A stretch of 63,916 nt of DNA, the filler included, from Octopus bimaculoides (Eukaryota), in NCBI RefSeq assembly GCF_001194135.2. It is 6 parts of 5 records of this genome, joined end to end, with 100 filler letters (N's around TTAATTAATTAA, not from the genome) between each part and the next. Parts side by side here need not be neighbours in the genome. Positions count along the whole stretch, not along the records: positions 47,031 to 54,553 come from NC_069000.1; positions 54,654 to 60,582 come from NC_068982.1; positions 60,683 to 63,916 come from NC_069000.1; 3 more parts are not named here. One strand, given 5' to 3'. Under the pieces are notes generated by a model. That model was not told the origin of the DNA, searched no databases, and worked only from the letters and a program-made list of their open reading frames with translations. Of this stretch, positions 51,291 to 63,916 are shown piece after piece. A program made the position numbers and the translations under genes. The stretch's first letter is position 1. The number at the start of each line of letters is the position of its first letter.

Positions 51291-51842
51291 ATTCGATGAA
51301 TTATTTAAATATTGTGATTTTGCTTTAAAATTTTTCTTAAATTATTTATTTTCCATTATCTTTTCATTCATACTGCAATTATAATCATGAAATTTATTAA
51401 TAGGAAAAATCTGATAGAGAAATGGTTACTTAGCACCTTGCTTATTGTGAACATGCCGTGCGTTAAGTCCGTGGGTCTCTATCATATACTTTAATTTGTG
51501 TCTCAAATATTTATTTCCACTCAACTAATTTCTTTTAAATAGATTAATGTGCTTCCACCACTAACCATATTTATCGAGATGCTACTTAGACTAGGTAGGT
51601 GCACACTTACAATGGTGAAACAACTGATTTAGTAGGAAAATGATTGTAAAGGTTTCATGTAACAATTGGTTTTTCAGTCATAAACAGTTTATTGTTTCAA
51701 AAAAGTATTATTATTTTATGAAAAAAAAAAAAAAGCACCCCTGTACCTCAATACTTTTTGAAGAGTTAATAGTGGTTGTTGGCATTATTGGTATTATTTT
51801 TTACTCTACTTTATTTTCAGTGCATGAGTTCACCTATAAATC

Positions 51843-53400
51843 ATGTCAGGAAATTCATTAAAGCGAAAATGTAGACAGTATAGTGCTGCATATTTGAATA
51901 ACGAACGGTCAATGTGTCTTCTTTGCGATAAAGCTTTTTCGAATGAGGCCATGAAGCCAGCCAGGCTTTCCGATCATTTAAATAAAATACTCCGTGATAA
52001 AGCAAACAAAGATTTGTCATACTTTAAAATTCAACGAGATAAATTTCGCAACAGAAAATCTATTCACTCCCTTACGACAAACTAATCACTGAAATGCGAC
52101 GATAGATTTGTTTGTGCATATATCTCCAGAATGATTGCTAGATCAGGGAAACCTCATACAATCGGAGAACAACTCATTTTGCCAGCTATAGAGGAAGCTC
52201 TTCGTACAGTAGTACATCATCCTTCTCCAAGTGGAATTATCAGAACGATTCCACTTAGTAATAATTATGTGGAAAGAAGAATTGATGGTTAAGGACATTG
52301 AAGAAATGTTATTTACAAAACTTAAAAGTCAATAATTTGGTTTACAATTGGACGAGTCGACTCTCCCAGGCAATGAAGCACTGCTTTTAGGATAAGTTCG
52401 CTTTATTAAAGATCAGAAAATTGTGCAAGAATTATTGTTTGCAAAGAAACTTAAAACAGACACCAAAGGTGAATCCATTTTTACTATAGTTGAACAGTTT
52501 TTCAAAGAAAAAGAAATCCCTATGAATAATATAGTTGCGTGTGCAACAGACAGTGCTCCAGCATTGATAGGGCGGTACAGAGACGTTTTTTTTTTTACAT
52601 TTTTAAAGAAGGCTGTACCCAATGTATTTATAACACATTGCGTAATTCATCATCAATATCTAGTTGCAAGATACTTGAGTGATCGGCTTCATAAATCGTT
52701 TGGTATTGTTATTGCAGCAATAAATAAAATAAAATGTCTTCCTCCTTAGTTCCTGAATATTTCGATAACTCTACAACAACAATGAGGAAGAATTTGATCG
52801 TCTTCTTTTACATACTGAGGTGAGATGGCTATCGAAAGGCAAGTATTTGAAGCGATTTTATTCACTTTTCAACACTGTCATACAATTTTTTCAGGAGAAA
52901 AGAAAATATGATCATTTGAGTGAAGATCTTTTAGCTTGTAAATTTATTCAATATATTCAATGATCTGAATTTACAATTCTTATCAAAAGCAAAATCTGTT
53001 ATTTGCGCATTCATGGACAAGCTTTCACTCTTTAGGCATAAAAGTCGTCGGGAGCTATGTCAATTTCCAAATCTCGTCCAACTAGAAAATAATGAGGCTG
53101 ATATCTCTATATCAGATGACGACCTCTTGATTTATTGTGATCATTTGAAGTCTTTGCATAACGACATGAGCTGTAGATATCAGGACCTCATTGATATGAA
53201 AATACCTGATTGGCTGATGAATCCATTTATTGACGATTATACAAATGAAGCTGACTCTGCGATATAAGAGGAGTTAATTACTTTAAAAAAACAACTTTGA
53301 ATTAAAGCCCCTCTTCAAAAAATCATACGGAAATTTCCGAAAGCTATTCAAAGCTGTGAGAAGCTACCAAACTTTTCTTCGTTGCTTTTCCAACTTCCTG
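51843..53400 (+). mobile_element. hAT transposase pseudogene (Buster/Charlie, ZBED5/SCAND3-like)
   Basis: zf-BED CLLCDKAFSNEAMKPARLSDHL; GKPHTIGEQLILPA; LQLDEST; CATDSAPALIG; THCVIHHQYL; HTEVRWLSKG; many stops and frameshifts. Confidence 0.92.
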
Positions 53401-54411
53401 TATAACTGCATGGCTGCAGTCAAATGACTGAAACAAGTAAAATAATAAAAGAATATATATATAGCATGTCAGTATGTAATATGCAGTCTATATCTGTATA
53501 TGTTTATACTTAAATCTGTATGTATCTATATATGTTTCTTAAGGTAGGTTTTTGTTTAATTAATGAGTTGATTCCAACTAAAGAAACGTGGGTGGCTCAT
53601 TGAAACTTAAGCTTCAACAACAATATCAACAACAATTCTTTAGATAATTCCCTATCTTCTATTATAGTTCCATTTATTTTATATCCGAATTGATTTAGAA
53701 GAATTTTAAACTGATCTAATGTTTGAATGGTACTTTACTTTACCGATCCAGGAAAAGTAATAGACAAAATTGACTTCAGAACGCAAAATATAAAGAGTCT
53801 TAATTAAATACAGTAGTGTATTTGTGTGACACTGTACGACTTAGTTGATTCTTACCTGAAGAACAAATTTTGTCTATTCAAGTTATTTGCGTTCAGAATT
53901 ACTTTACAAGGTTCGCATTAAATCTCTCTTGTTATAACAGTCCCAAAGAAATTCAACTAATTAAGGTTATTCCATAAACATTAACCGAGACCAAATCAAA
54001 TACCCTAATAATAATAGACAAAAAAACCGAATCCCTCATCGGTGTAGAGAAGCTGTGAAGTCTGATTAAATATTTCTGAGAAAAAAAAATGTTCTGTTAA
54101 TTACTTCCGTTGAGTTGGTCACATCCCTTAGGCAGGTGACTCTCATAAAACAATGTTTATATAACAATGCTGACCTGTTTTGTTCGCAATTTTATGTAAA
54201 GTTTCCACTGAATATTTGGAATATTTTCATTCTCTGTCAGTGTATGCGCTGAGTGTGCGTATGTGTGTGTGTATGTGTGCGTGTCTGTGCGTATGCGTGT
54301 GTGTGTGCGTATGTACGTGTGCGTGTATGAGCGTTTGAAATGTGTGTCCGCGCATGCGTGTGTGTATATAGGTGTGTATATATCGGTGAGTAAAAATTTG
54401 TGTGTGCATAT

Positions 54412-54499
<88 letters not shown>

Positions 54500-54653
54500 A
54501 CAATTTTTTCTTCTTGTTTTGCCTATGTGAGTTGCGGGTAACTGCTATCTGTTNNNNNNNNNNNNNNNNNNNNNNNNNNNNNNNNNNNNNNNNNNNNTTA
54601 ATTAATTAANNNNNNNNNNNNNNNNNNNNNNNNNNNNNNNNNNNNNNNNNNNN

Positions 54654-54701
<48 letters not shown>

Positions 54702-54714
54702 AAAGTGTGTGTGT

Positions 54715-54925
54715 ATGTATGAATGTATGTATTTGTGTGTCTGTGTTTGTCTCCCCACCATCGCTTGACAACCGATGTTGGTGTGTTTATGTCCCCGTAA
54801 CTTAGCGACTCGGCAAAAGAGCCCGATAGATACAAAGAATAAGTCATGGGGTCGATTTGTTCGACTAAAGTCGGCACTCCAGCATGGCCGCAGTCAAATG
54901 ACTGAAACAAGTAAAAGAAAAGAAG
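54715..54925 (+). mobile_element. SINE family B 3' half
   Basis: tttgtctccccaccatcgcttgacaaccgatg…gcagtcaaatgactgaaacaagtaaaag. Confidence 0.88.
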
Positions 54926-55667
54926 ATAATCTATGACCGACCTTTGCTATTAAATGACAAAATACACCAGACACGCTAGTATAGACAAATGAAGCAATCT
55001 TCAAAGTTATTTAACACTTGAAAGAAAGGCCTAGCCCGAAAGACAAGTTGCTGATGACGTCGATGAAGTTTCAATATTATAGTAAACATATTCCTTTTTC
55101 ACATGCACTGCCAATATTTGTAGAAAGCAAAGATGAATGTTAATCATCAACTATTTTCTTCTTCCTGAAAATATCAGGTCTTTGAGTCCATTAATATAGA
55201 AAGTATTACTTCTGAAGGACTTTGCATTAAGAAATTAATTACTGGTGCATCAGCATACTTCTTGTTTCAATACTAAGCTGTACGACAAGTAAAGTCATGA
55301 ACTTTTAGCCAACACTCAATGTGTAGGCAAATACAATATACTCGTGGAGACAAAAAAGTTATCAGTCATCGCTAGTTTCATTAGTAATTGAACATAGTCT
55401 TTTACTGTCAACAGAAGCACTGTTTATATACCAACTATTACTAAAGGCTTAAGAAAATGGGATAAATCGATTTGCATGTGTTACTCATTCTTGGCAGCAA
55501 GTTCGCAAATACATCATTAACATTGTTTTGTTTCATTACTATATTCATAGTAGAATATATCTTCGCATTTTTACCAACATTGTATCTATAGACAGACGTA
55601 ATAATAATTTAATCAATCTATCCAATTATCAAATGCTTATAAAGATATCTGTCTGTTTATATATCGT

Positions 55668-55702
<35 letters not shown>

Positions 55703-55709
<7 letters not shown>

Positions 55710-56589
55710 GGGTGCGATAGGTAAATTGTCACTATTTTATATTCTTAATTTCGTGCATGCGCATTGTTTGTTTTTGATTTTGTCGACTACACAGTATAGT
55801 AGGGCCAGTTGGACATCGTCTGCGAGAAAAAAACAGAACCACGACGCAACTCACTCTGCCAGAAATTTGGAAACGACATGCTGTACTGCTTGGCATTCGC
55901 ACCGGAAGCTCCAATACGAACATTTCAGTGTGTTTGGGCGTCAATCTGAGGATAGTGCATGTACCGAGAGGGATAAAAATCAAACATCCAGTCAACATCA
56001 TGGTCTTTAGAGTGATCACTAGTGATGGTGACGTTATGCCTCCATTCATCTTCCCACACGGCCTCAGACTCAATACGGAGGCTTACATCAAGTGCCTGCA
56101 GGAGGTAGTGCTGCTCTGGGTCAAGAGGGTGGCTGCTGGAAGACCCTGTGTCTGGCAACAGAACTCTGCACCATGCCACACAAGCGGGAGAACCTAGTCA
56201 TGGCTGTCAGACAATTTCTGCGACGACATCACCCCTAACATCTGGCCACCTAACTCCTGAGATTGCAACCCCTTTGATTATTATGTGTGGGGCGCAGTTG
56301 AACGAGAGACCAACAAAACTCCTTGTAACACCAAAGATGAAATGAAGGCAAGGATTATGGCAGCATTCACCAACTTAAACAAGAAGACTGTCTAGAAGAG
56401 TTGCAGGATATTCTGAAGTCGTTTGGAGGTCGTGGTAGAAGCCAATGGCGATTTTATTGAATACATTTACTTTTAGTATTTCAAGATATTTTTATGTAAT
56501 TTTGGTAAATATATCTGTTAAAATGAGATGCCAGTGTTATTTCCATTCTTGCGTAATTTAGACGACATTTTATTCACCGCGCCATGTAT
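55703..56589 (+). mobile_element. maT-family (DD37D) Tc1/mariner transposon, internally deleted and decayed
   Basis: …WQQ[N]SAPCH…WPPNS*DCNPF[D]YYVWG with exactly 37 residues between the 2nd and 3rd catalytic positions; degenerate TIRs flanked by TA. Confidence 0.88.
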
Positions 56590-57474
56590 ATTCTGCAGTG
56601 TAGTAAAGCATTGAAATATTACTCTTTAACAGATTGTCAAACTAACTACCAGGGGTGCGGCATATAAACAACTTGGTCTATTCAGTTTATTTCATCCCGT
56701 AGGAATTGTGGGCTTACAAGCACTGTCTCTCTGATGAAATCTCGCACAGGATTGAAGCTAGGCTGGTTGATCATCCTTTGAGTGTCCACGAAGTCATTGT
56801 ATATACAGATTTTCATTGTATACACAGACAATGTTTACTTCTGTCTATTACATACAATGTTGATTAAAAATTTATGAATATATTCTGTTGTGCAGTGTGT
56901 TATCTCATCGTAACACACTGCACGTGTTATCTAAATCGTAAATTCCTTGTAAACTTCTCAGTTTACTTTTTCCATCGAAGTTATTTCACATCTATCGAAC
57001 GAAGTTATTTACTCGCTTTGAAGTGATGAAAATCACAACATCCTGCAAGCCTTCATAAAGATATACGGTTTTGTATGTAACCTAAAGGAAGACGTCACTG
57101 TTGTTGTTTAACGCTTGATTAGGTCTGGCTGAGTAGATCTATGATCAAAATAACTCCAGCGTACATTATGCAATGCAACAATAGATATTCTTATGCAATG
57201 CAACAACGTAGAGATATCTGTTTTGACTGAAAAAGGAAGATTGTAATATTGATAGTACAGATTGTAGAAAGCAGGATTGGATTAACGGGTGGCTAGTTCA
57301 GTACTGCATAGTCCGGTGATCCACTGTATTCTTTTATCGGAAACTAGAGTTGATAACAGATGCTGGTTCATTATCCTACAGCTCAATTTATTTTCGTCTT
57401 TTATTCACCCACTAAAGTTGATCAATGTTTATTAGTTGAATCAGAACAATCACCGTGAGCGTGTATTTACGCCT

Positions 57475-57725
57475 TCATTTATTTTCTTTTACTTGTGTCA
57501 GTCATTGGATTGCGGCCTTGCTGGGGCGTCGCCTTGTACTTAATTTCTCTAGGACTTTTCAGAATAAGTCTGGTGCTTATTCTGTCGGTCTTTGTCATCG
57601 AGCCACTAAGTCACGGGGACATAAACAAACCAACACCGGTCATCAAGCACTGCTGGGGACAGACAGACAGACAGACACACACACACGACGAGCTTCCACT
57701 TCGTTTCCGTCTACCAAATTCACTG
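57475..57725 (-). mobile_element. SINE family B 3' half (in the predicted intron 1 of the secreted-protein gene)
   Basis: cttttacttgtgtcagtcatt…ggacataaac…tttccgtctaccaaatt. Confidence 0.82.
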
Positions 57726-57949
57726 TAACAGAAGATACTCGCCCTAGGTTGCAAAACGAGCTTCTTAACAGCACTGTCCTATATGTATTCATGAAAACTA
57801 GAGGTTTTACATCAAATTTGAATAAGCTAAATGATAATAATGAATATTGTTTTCTTCATATTGATAATTTATGTTACAGGGTAAAATGAATAATAAATAC
57901 AATGACGCAATAATGACTGAAAATGTAAAAATAAAAATAAAATGCTTAC

Positions 57950-58072
57950 TTCTACCAGCTTAACTGTCGCTGGAGTTTTAGTATTATCTTGGTCAGCCAT
58001 CACATTGGTGGTTGTGACAAGAAGGCCTATGGCAACTGAAAGAAGCACAACTAGTTTAAGAGTTGACGCCAT
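57950..58072 (-). CDS. First coding exon of a secreted protein (signal peptide plus 15 residues), family unknown
   Basis: attATGG Kozak; MASTLKLVVLLSVAIGLLVTTTNVMA-DQDNTKTPATVKLVE (41 codons); phase-0 donor GAA|GTAAGC; unique sequence; TATA box upstream. Confidence 0.7.
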
Positions 58073-58153
58073 AATAATCGTGAAGGTTGGTTTTCAAATG
58101 TCTTGCAAGATGGAAAGAAGTGATTCTCGGTTAAACAGTCAGGTGGCAATCTG

Positions 58154-58160
58154 TTTTATA
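58154..58160 (-). promoter_or_regulatory. TATA box (TATAAAA) about 85 nt upstream of the ATG
   Basis: Minus strand gcaTATAAAAcag; position fits a short 5' UTR. It could alternatively be part of a splice acceptor. Confidence 0.5.
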
Positions 58161-58479
58161 TGCCGACAAATAAATAAATGAATAAACATACACACACACA
58201 CATACATACTCACGCACACACATACATACTCACGCACACACATACATATATCTGTGCACATTTTGTGTGTATATGTGTGTGTATGTGTTTTAGTGGTCTC
58301 ATATTCACGCGCACATGAACAATTATTGACAGCGGTTAAGCAAACAGAAATAACATGAAAGCAGGGAAAGCGTGTAAAACTATAAGATTTAATCAAACCA
58401 AGCAATTGTAGAAACCCAATATTTATCTGTCAATACAACCTAGTTGTTCTTATTCTACTTAAAAAGAAGCATTGATCGG

Positions 58480-58780
58480 AAAAGTCCTTTGTTTCTTCTG
58501 CCCTACACTGGACAGTCAAATTCTCTCCTCAGCACATCATCGTATAGCTGTTTATCTTTTCCACGCTCCATTGAATATTTAACACTTCTCTACATCACAA
58601 GCCAGTCCTAGAAAGGCAAGTCTTTCAATACGTTGAGTAACTGAAAGGTGATCTTTTAGCCTTGACAAGATCCTTTTTCGGCATTTGTTTCTGCCAAGAG
58701 CTAAATATTCAACATTTTCGTATGGAATATTCAACTCTGGTTTTTAACAAGTCTTTGTATTGATTTCTTGTTTAGTTGTT
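58480..58780 (-). mobile_element. RTE-like LINE 3' coding remnant
   Basis: KDLLK…ENVEYLALGRNKCRKRI…FDCPV*GR resembles the RTE ORF2 C-terminal (WE.LA.DR..WR) and terminal zinc-finger region. Confidence 0.4.
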
Positions 58781-59784
58781 ACATACATAATACATACATA
58801 CATACATACATACATGATACGTGGCCGAAGAAGACCATCACTCAGAAGGTACAAGAGGTGAATATTCATGTAATATGAATACGATATGCAGAAGGCTACG
58901 AAACGGCCGTAACCATATGGAAGTTATGTTCATGTAGTTAAATGTATCTTCACCTCTCACACCTCCTGACTTTTACTTCTCAAACTCATAGTTCCGAGTT
59001 CAACCCCACTGCGTGGGGCCTTCGGCATGAATCGGGTTGACTAAAGCCTTTTGAATGGATTTGATAGACGGAAACTGACAGACGCACGTAGTATATATAT
59101 ATATATATATATNNNNNNNNNNNNNNNNNNNNNNNNNNNNNNNNNNNNNNNNNNNNNNNNNNNNNNNNNNNNNNNNNNNNNNNNNNNNNNNNNNNNNNNN
59201 NNNNNNNNNNNNNNNNNNNNNNNNNNNNNNNNNNNNNNNNNNNNNNNNNNNNNNNNNNNNNNNNNNNNNNNNNNNNNNNNNNNNNNNNNNNNNNNNNNNN
59301 NNNNNNNNNNNNNNNNNNNNNNNNNNNNNNNNNNNNNNNNNNNNNNNNNNNNNNNNNNNNNNNNNNNNNNNNNNNNNNNNNNNNNNNNNNNNNNNNNNNN
59401 NNNNNNNNNNNNNNNNNNNNNNNNNNNNNNNNNNNNNNNNNNNNNNNNNNNNNNNNNNNNNNNNNNNNNNNNNNNNNNNNNNNNNNNNNNNNNNNNNNNN
59501 NNNNNNNNNNNNNNNNNNNNNNNNNNNNNNNNNNNNNNNNNNNNNNNNNNNNNNNNNNNNNNNNNNNNNNNNNNNNNNNNNNNNNNNNNNNNNNNNNNNN
59601 NNNNNNNNNNNNNNNNNNNNNNNNNNNNNNNNNNNNNNNNNNNNNNNNNNNNNNNNNNNNNNNNNNNNNNNNNNNNNNNNNNNNNNNNNNNNNNNNNNNN
59701 NNNNNNNNNNNNNNNNNNNNNNNNNNNNNNNNNNNNNNNNNNNNNNNNNNNNNNNNNNNNNNNNNNATATATATATATTCCTTT

Positions 59785-60190
59785 ATTCTTTTATTCTTTT
59801 ACCTGTTTCGGTCGTTTGACTGCGGCCATGCTGGATCACCACCTTAAAGAGTTTTTAGTCGAAGAAATCGACCCTAGAACTTATTCTTTGTAAGCCTAGT
59901 ACTTATTCTATCGATCAATTTTTCCGAATCACTAAGTTACTGGGACGTAAACACACCAACATCAGTTGTCAAGTGATGGTGGGGAGACAAACACAGAGAC
60001 AAAACCACACTCACATAAATATATACATATATATACGACAAGCTTCTTTCAGTTTCCGCCTACCAAATCTACTCACAAGGCTTTAGACAACCAGAGGCTT
60101 TAGTCGGCCCAAGGTGCCATTAAGTGGGACTGAGCCCGGAACCATGTAGTTGGGAAGCAAGCTTCTTACTACGCATCTATGCCTGCGCCT
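59785..60190 (-). mobile_element. SINE family B, full length
   Basis: Reverse complement of the 10705 family, ending gcctgcgcct. Confidence 0.9.
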
Positions 60191-61949
60191 TTAGGGTACT
60201 TGATTATGCAACCGGGAAATGGTTGTATAATCAAGTACCTGTACGCCTGGAGAACTACTTTGCGTAGAAACAATTGTAGTGATTGAAAATAAATGTCCAG
60301 CCATACACCTTGCTGACTCCAATTTTTTCAATTATATATATATATATATCATCATATACATACCCGAGTGCTTATGCATGTATTCGTATATAGCAATATT
60401 CTCTACCTACAGTTATCACGTTCGTTTAAAATGTTTTACGGTTAAGCTGGTTCCTATGTATTTCCCTGAAGAGAAGATTACATCTTTATCAACATCACCT
60501 ATTCCTTTGGAAGAAACCATCTGTAATCTTCGAAACATATGTTGGAAATAAAAGAATTCATTTAACATATGCGTATTACTCCNNNNNNNNNNNNNNNNNN
60601 NNNNNNNNNNNNNNNNNNNNNNNNNNTTAATTAATTAANNNNNNNNNNNNNNNNNNNNNNNNNNNNNNNNNNNNNNNNNNNNGGTGTTATGGGCTGTGAT
60701 GAGCTGTGTGTTGTGGTGGAGAGGGGTGAGGCAAACAGAGGTGAAGCCAGACCGGAAGGGCCAGACCAGAAGGGTCAGATCGGAAGTCGGCGACATGCGG
60801 TCGAAGGCTAGCACGTGGGGCCAGCGTGAAAACAGCGACGTTACGAGAAAGACGTGTTCTGATTAGGAGCGATCGTGTACCCCGCTGCGGTCGGCAAGGT
60901 AAGGTCCAACACTTCATTCTGTCCTTTTGCTTCTTGTTGTCTTCTTCCTCCATCTCACCACAATGTGACTGGACACAGCTCATGTGATGCATAAAAACTT
61001 CAATAGAATCACGTTGCAAAGGATAACGCGTTTACCTTCACTTCAAAAATAAATACCTCCACGGTCAATGACTTTATAGTCTCTCACAGTGTACAATATA
61101 CAGACTATTAAGAAGTTTATTGTCTTGATTTAACAGTGTCAGGAGCATATATGAAAGTTTGAATACAGAGCCACGGGTACTTTACCGACTTACATACCTT
61201 CCTATATGTATGCATATTTTGATATTTGCATATGTATGCATGTATGTATGTATGTATGTATATATGTATGTATGTATGTATGTATGCATGCATGCATGCA
61301 TGTATGTATGTATGTATGTATGTATGTATGTATGTATGTATGTACGTATGTGTACAGATTTGTATGTTTTGCTTTATGTATGTATTCTCATGCATATATA
61401 TCTAAATGATAAACTTCTGGAAAGTTTAACAGATTTTTACAGTTCCAATGATAGATTGGGCTGTAGTCTTCGAATTATCTTTTTCCTTTCTGGTTTTGAG
61501 AAGCCTAATTTCTCAAGATTGGTATTTAGGGAGTGTGTTACATATCCCGGTGCTCCAATAATTACAGTTATAAAGCTGAACTTGTAATCTAGATAGAGTA
61601 TGTATGTATGTATGTATGTATGTATTTGGGTGCATGCGTATATGTCTGTGCGTCTGTGTGCGCATGCGTTTTATAAACATTACCTACATTGATAGTCAAT
61701 ACATCTGAGTATTTAATTTCTTTATTCTTTCAAGTTAAAGACTTATAGTGACGTTGAAGTTTCATCGTGTGTCGGCTTCGACACGTTGTGGAACCTCCCC
61801 CCCCCCCACTGCGCGCGCGCGCGTATGGGTGGATGTATGTGTGTGTGTGTGGATGTGGGCCTGAGTTTGTATTTATATGGCTGCTTATTTCAAAGAGTCG
61901 GTGTCGCAAGAAGACTCACCATTATTTAGTTATGCTTGTTGTTGATGTG

Positions 61950-62060
61950 TTGGCACTCCGGTCGCTTACGACGTCGCGGGTTCCAGTTGATCCGATCAAC
62001 GGAACAGCCTGCTCGTGAAATTAACATGCAAGTGGCTGAGCACTCCACAGACACGTGTAC
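61950..62060 (-). mobile_element. SINE family A 3' end
   Basis: ttggcactccggtcgcttacgacg…gttccagttgatccgatcaacggaacagcctgctcgtg…acacgtgtac. Confidence 0.88.
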
Positions 62061-62975
62061 NNNNNNNNNNNNNNNNNNNNNNNNNNNNNNNNNNNNNNNN
62101 NNNNNNNNNNNNNNNNNNNNNNNNNNNNNNNNNNNNNNNNNNNNNNNNNNNNNNNNNNNNNNNNNNNNNNNNNNNNNNNNNNNNNNNNNNNNNNNNNNNN
62201 NNNNNNNNNNNNNNNNNNNNNNNNNNNNNNNNNNNNNNNNNNNNNNNNNNNNNNNNNNNNNNNNNNNNNNNNNNNNNNNNNNNNNNNNNNNNNNNNNNNN
62301 NNNNNNNNNNNNNNNNNNNNNNNNNNNNNNNNNNNNNNNNNNNNNNNNNNNNNNNNNNNNNNNNNNNNNNNNNNNNNNNNNNNNNNNNNNNNNNNNNNNN
62401 NNNNNNNNNNNNNNNNNNNNNNNNNNNNNNNNNNNNNNNNNNNNNNNNNNNNNNNNNNNNNNNNNNNNNNNNNNNNNNNNNNNNNNNNNNNNNNNNNNNN
62501 NNNNNNNNNNNNNNNNNNNNNNNNNNNNNNNNNNNNNNNNNNNNNNNNNNNNNNNNNNNNNNNNNNNNNNNNNNNNNNNNNNNNNNNNNNNNNNNNNNNN
62601 NNNNNNNNNNNNNNNNNNNNNNNNNNNNNNNNNNNNNNNNNNNNNNNNNNNNNNNNNNNNNNNNNNNNNNNNNNNNNNNNNNNNNNNNNNNNNNNNNNNN
62701 NNNNNNNNNNNNNNNNNNNNNNNNNNNNNNNNNNNNNNNNNNNNNNNNNNNNNNNNNNNNNNNNNNNNNNNNNNNNNNNNNNNNNNNNNNNNNNNNNNNN
62801 NNNNNNNNNNNNNNNNNNNNNNNNNNNNNNNNNNNNNNNNNNNNNNNNNNNNNNNNNNNNNNNNNNNNNNNNNNNNNNNNNNNNNNNNNNNNNNNNNNNN
62901 NNNNNNNNNNNNNNNNNNNNNNNNNNNNNNNNNNNNNNNNNNNNNNNNNNNNNNNNNNNNNNNNNNNNNNNNNNN

Positions 62976-63058
62976 NTACACGTTAATTTCACGAGTAGGC
63001 TGTTCCGTTGATCGGATCAACTGGAACCCTCGACGTTGTAAGCGACGGAGTGCCAACG
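62976..63058 (+). mobile_element. SINE family A 3' end
   Basis: cacgttaatttcacgagtaggctgttccgttgatcggatcaactggaaccc…gacggagtgccaac. Confidence 0.88.
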
Positions 63059-63088
63059 ATAAAATTGATGGATGTAATTATGCATGTA

Positions 63089-63304
63089 CGACGGGGTGCT
63101 GAAAAGTTCCTGGCTTTGGATTATAGAAAATACGGGAGGATCACTTAATTATGATTTTATTCAAGATATTCCCCTCTCAGATTCACACACTTATTGCAGT
63201 GGCCCTTCAGTTTTTCTAAGCCCTCTAAAAGAACTTAGATAGTGGGCTTCCAGCCAGGCCTTTCGCGATACCTTTAAAGCCAGGAACTTTTCAGCACACC
63301 TTCG
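63089..63304. mobile_element. mariner-derived MITE, 216 bp, TA target site
   Basis: TA|cgacggggtgctgaaaagttcctggcttt … aaagccaggaacttttcagcacaccttcg|TA; about 29-bp TIRs with 2 mismatches. Confidence 0.9.
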
Positions 63305-63687
63305 TATGTAGGTATGCACAGATTTGTGCGTATGTGTATGTGCATATGTATGTATGTATGTATGTATGTATATGTGTGTACGTGTATGTGTACGTGTGTG
63401 TGTATGTGTGTGTGTTGTGTATGTATGTATGTACGTGTCTGTATTGAGTATGTACGTGTGTGTGTTGTGTATGTATGTACGCATGTATATATACAGTTTT
63501 TCTCTACGTCATCCGGTGCTGCATCTGGACTCGACATCAGTAACGGTTCTTGAGTAATTAAGTTTCGGGTCTTTCAATATCAGACACCCTCACTAAGGTA
63601 ACCAACAAGAATTGATCAAACCCCAGCTTGTGCCCTGTTCGCACTACTCTTTGTAGCATTGCTACTTCTAGGTCTCTCATAACCTCC

Positions 63688-63851
63688 GTTATTTACATTA
63701 TTTACATTTGACGGATATTTGTCTTCATCTTGTTTGTTGTTAACACAACATTTCAACTCATGTACTCTCCAGCCTTCATCAGGTGTCTTTGGGAAATTTC
63801 GAACCTGGGTTCTCATTCCTAAGGTATTTTTCTATTTTGTTGTTGTTGTTG

Positions 63852-63916
<65 letters not shown>
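63688..63916 (-). mobile_element. SINE family E 3' body with a decayed hammerhead motif (63742-63787)
   Basis: Minus strand GACAC-CTGATGA-A-GGCTG…GAGTT-GAAAT-GTT-GTGTT; CpG-type decay of stems II and III; (AAT)n middle runs to the window end. Confidence 0.85.

Noticed and set aside
60683-60920. GC-rich island next to a gap
   Set aside because: No ORF motif or terminal structure recognisable; likely a retroelement fragment but not assignable.

Overview
Repeat-dominated, gap-rich eukaryotic genomic DNA with about 30 N-gaps and dense (TA)n/(TG)n/(AAT)n/(GA)n microsatellites. The tRNA-derived SINE families and overall composition suggest an Octopus (coleoid cephalopod) draft assembly; this is an inference. 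No complete protein-coding gene is visible. The best gene evidence is a minus-strand first exon with a TATA box, Kozak ATG, signal peptide and GTAAGC donor (58072-57950). There is also a plus-strand exon candidate carrying a 60-aa signal-peptide sORF (8940-9326). Most long ORFs in the track are artefacts of microsatellites or N-runs. Decayed autonomous elements present: Tx1/L1 LINE 3' end, Helitron, mariner, DD37D maT, hAT Buster/Charlie, Penelope-like RT, an R4-type and an RTE-type LINE fragment, plus several MITEs and many SINE copies. Two structural observations stand out. (1) A 180-bp, indel-free inverted repeat with an 18-nt loop (9815-10192) whose arm differences are biased to G:U wobbles on the + strand, a candidate hairpin-RNA/endo-siRNA or ADAR substrate. 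(2) Several families of minimal Penelope-type hammerhead ribozyme motifs. One is built into a tRNA-headed SINE that occurs as a head-to-head pair and as a Penelope-style inverted insertion with a 14-bp TSD.
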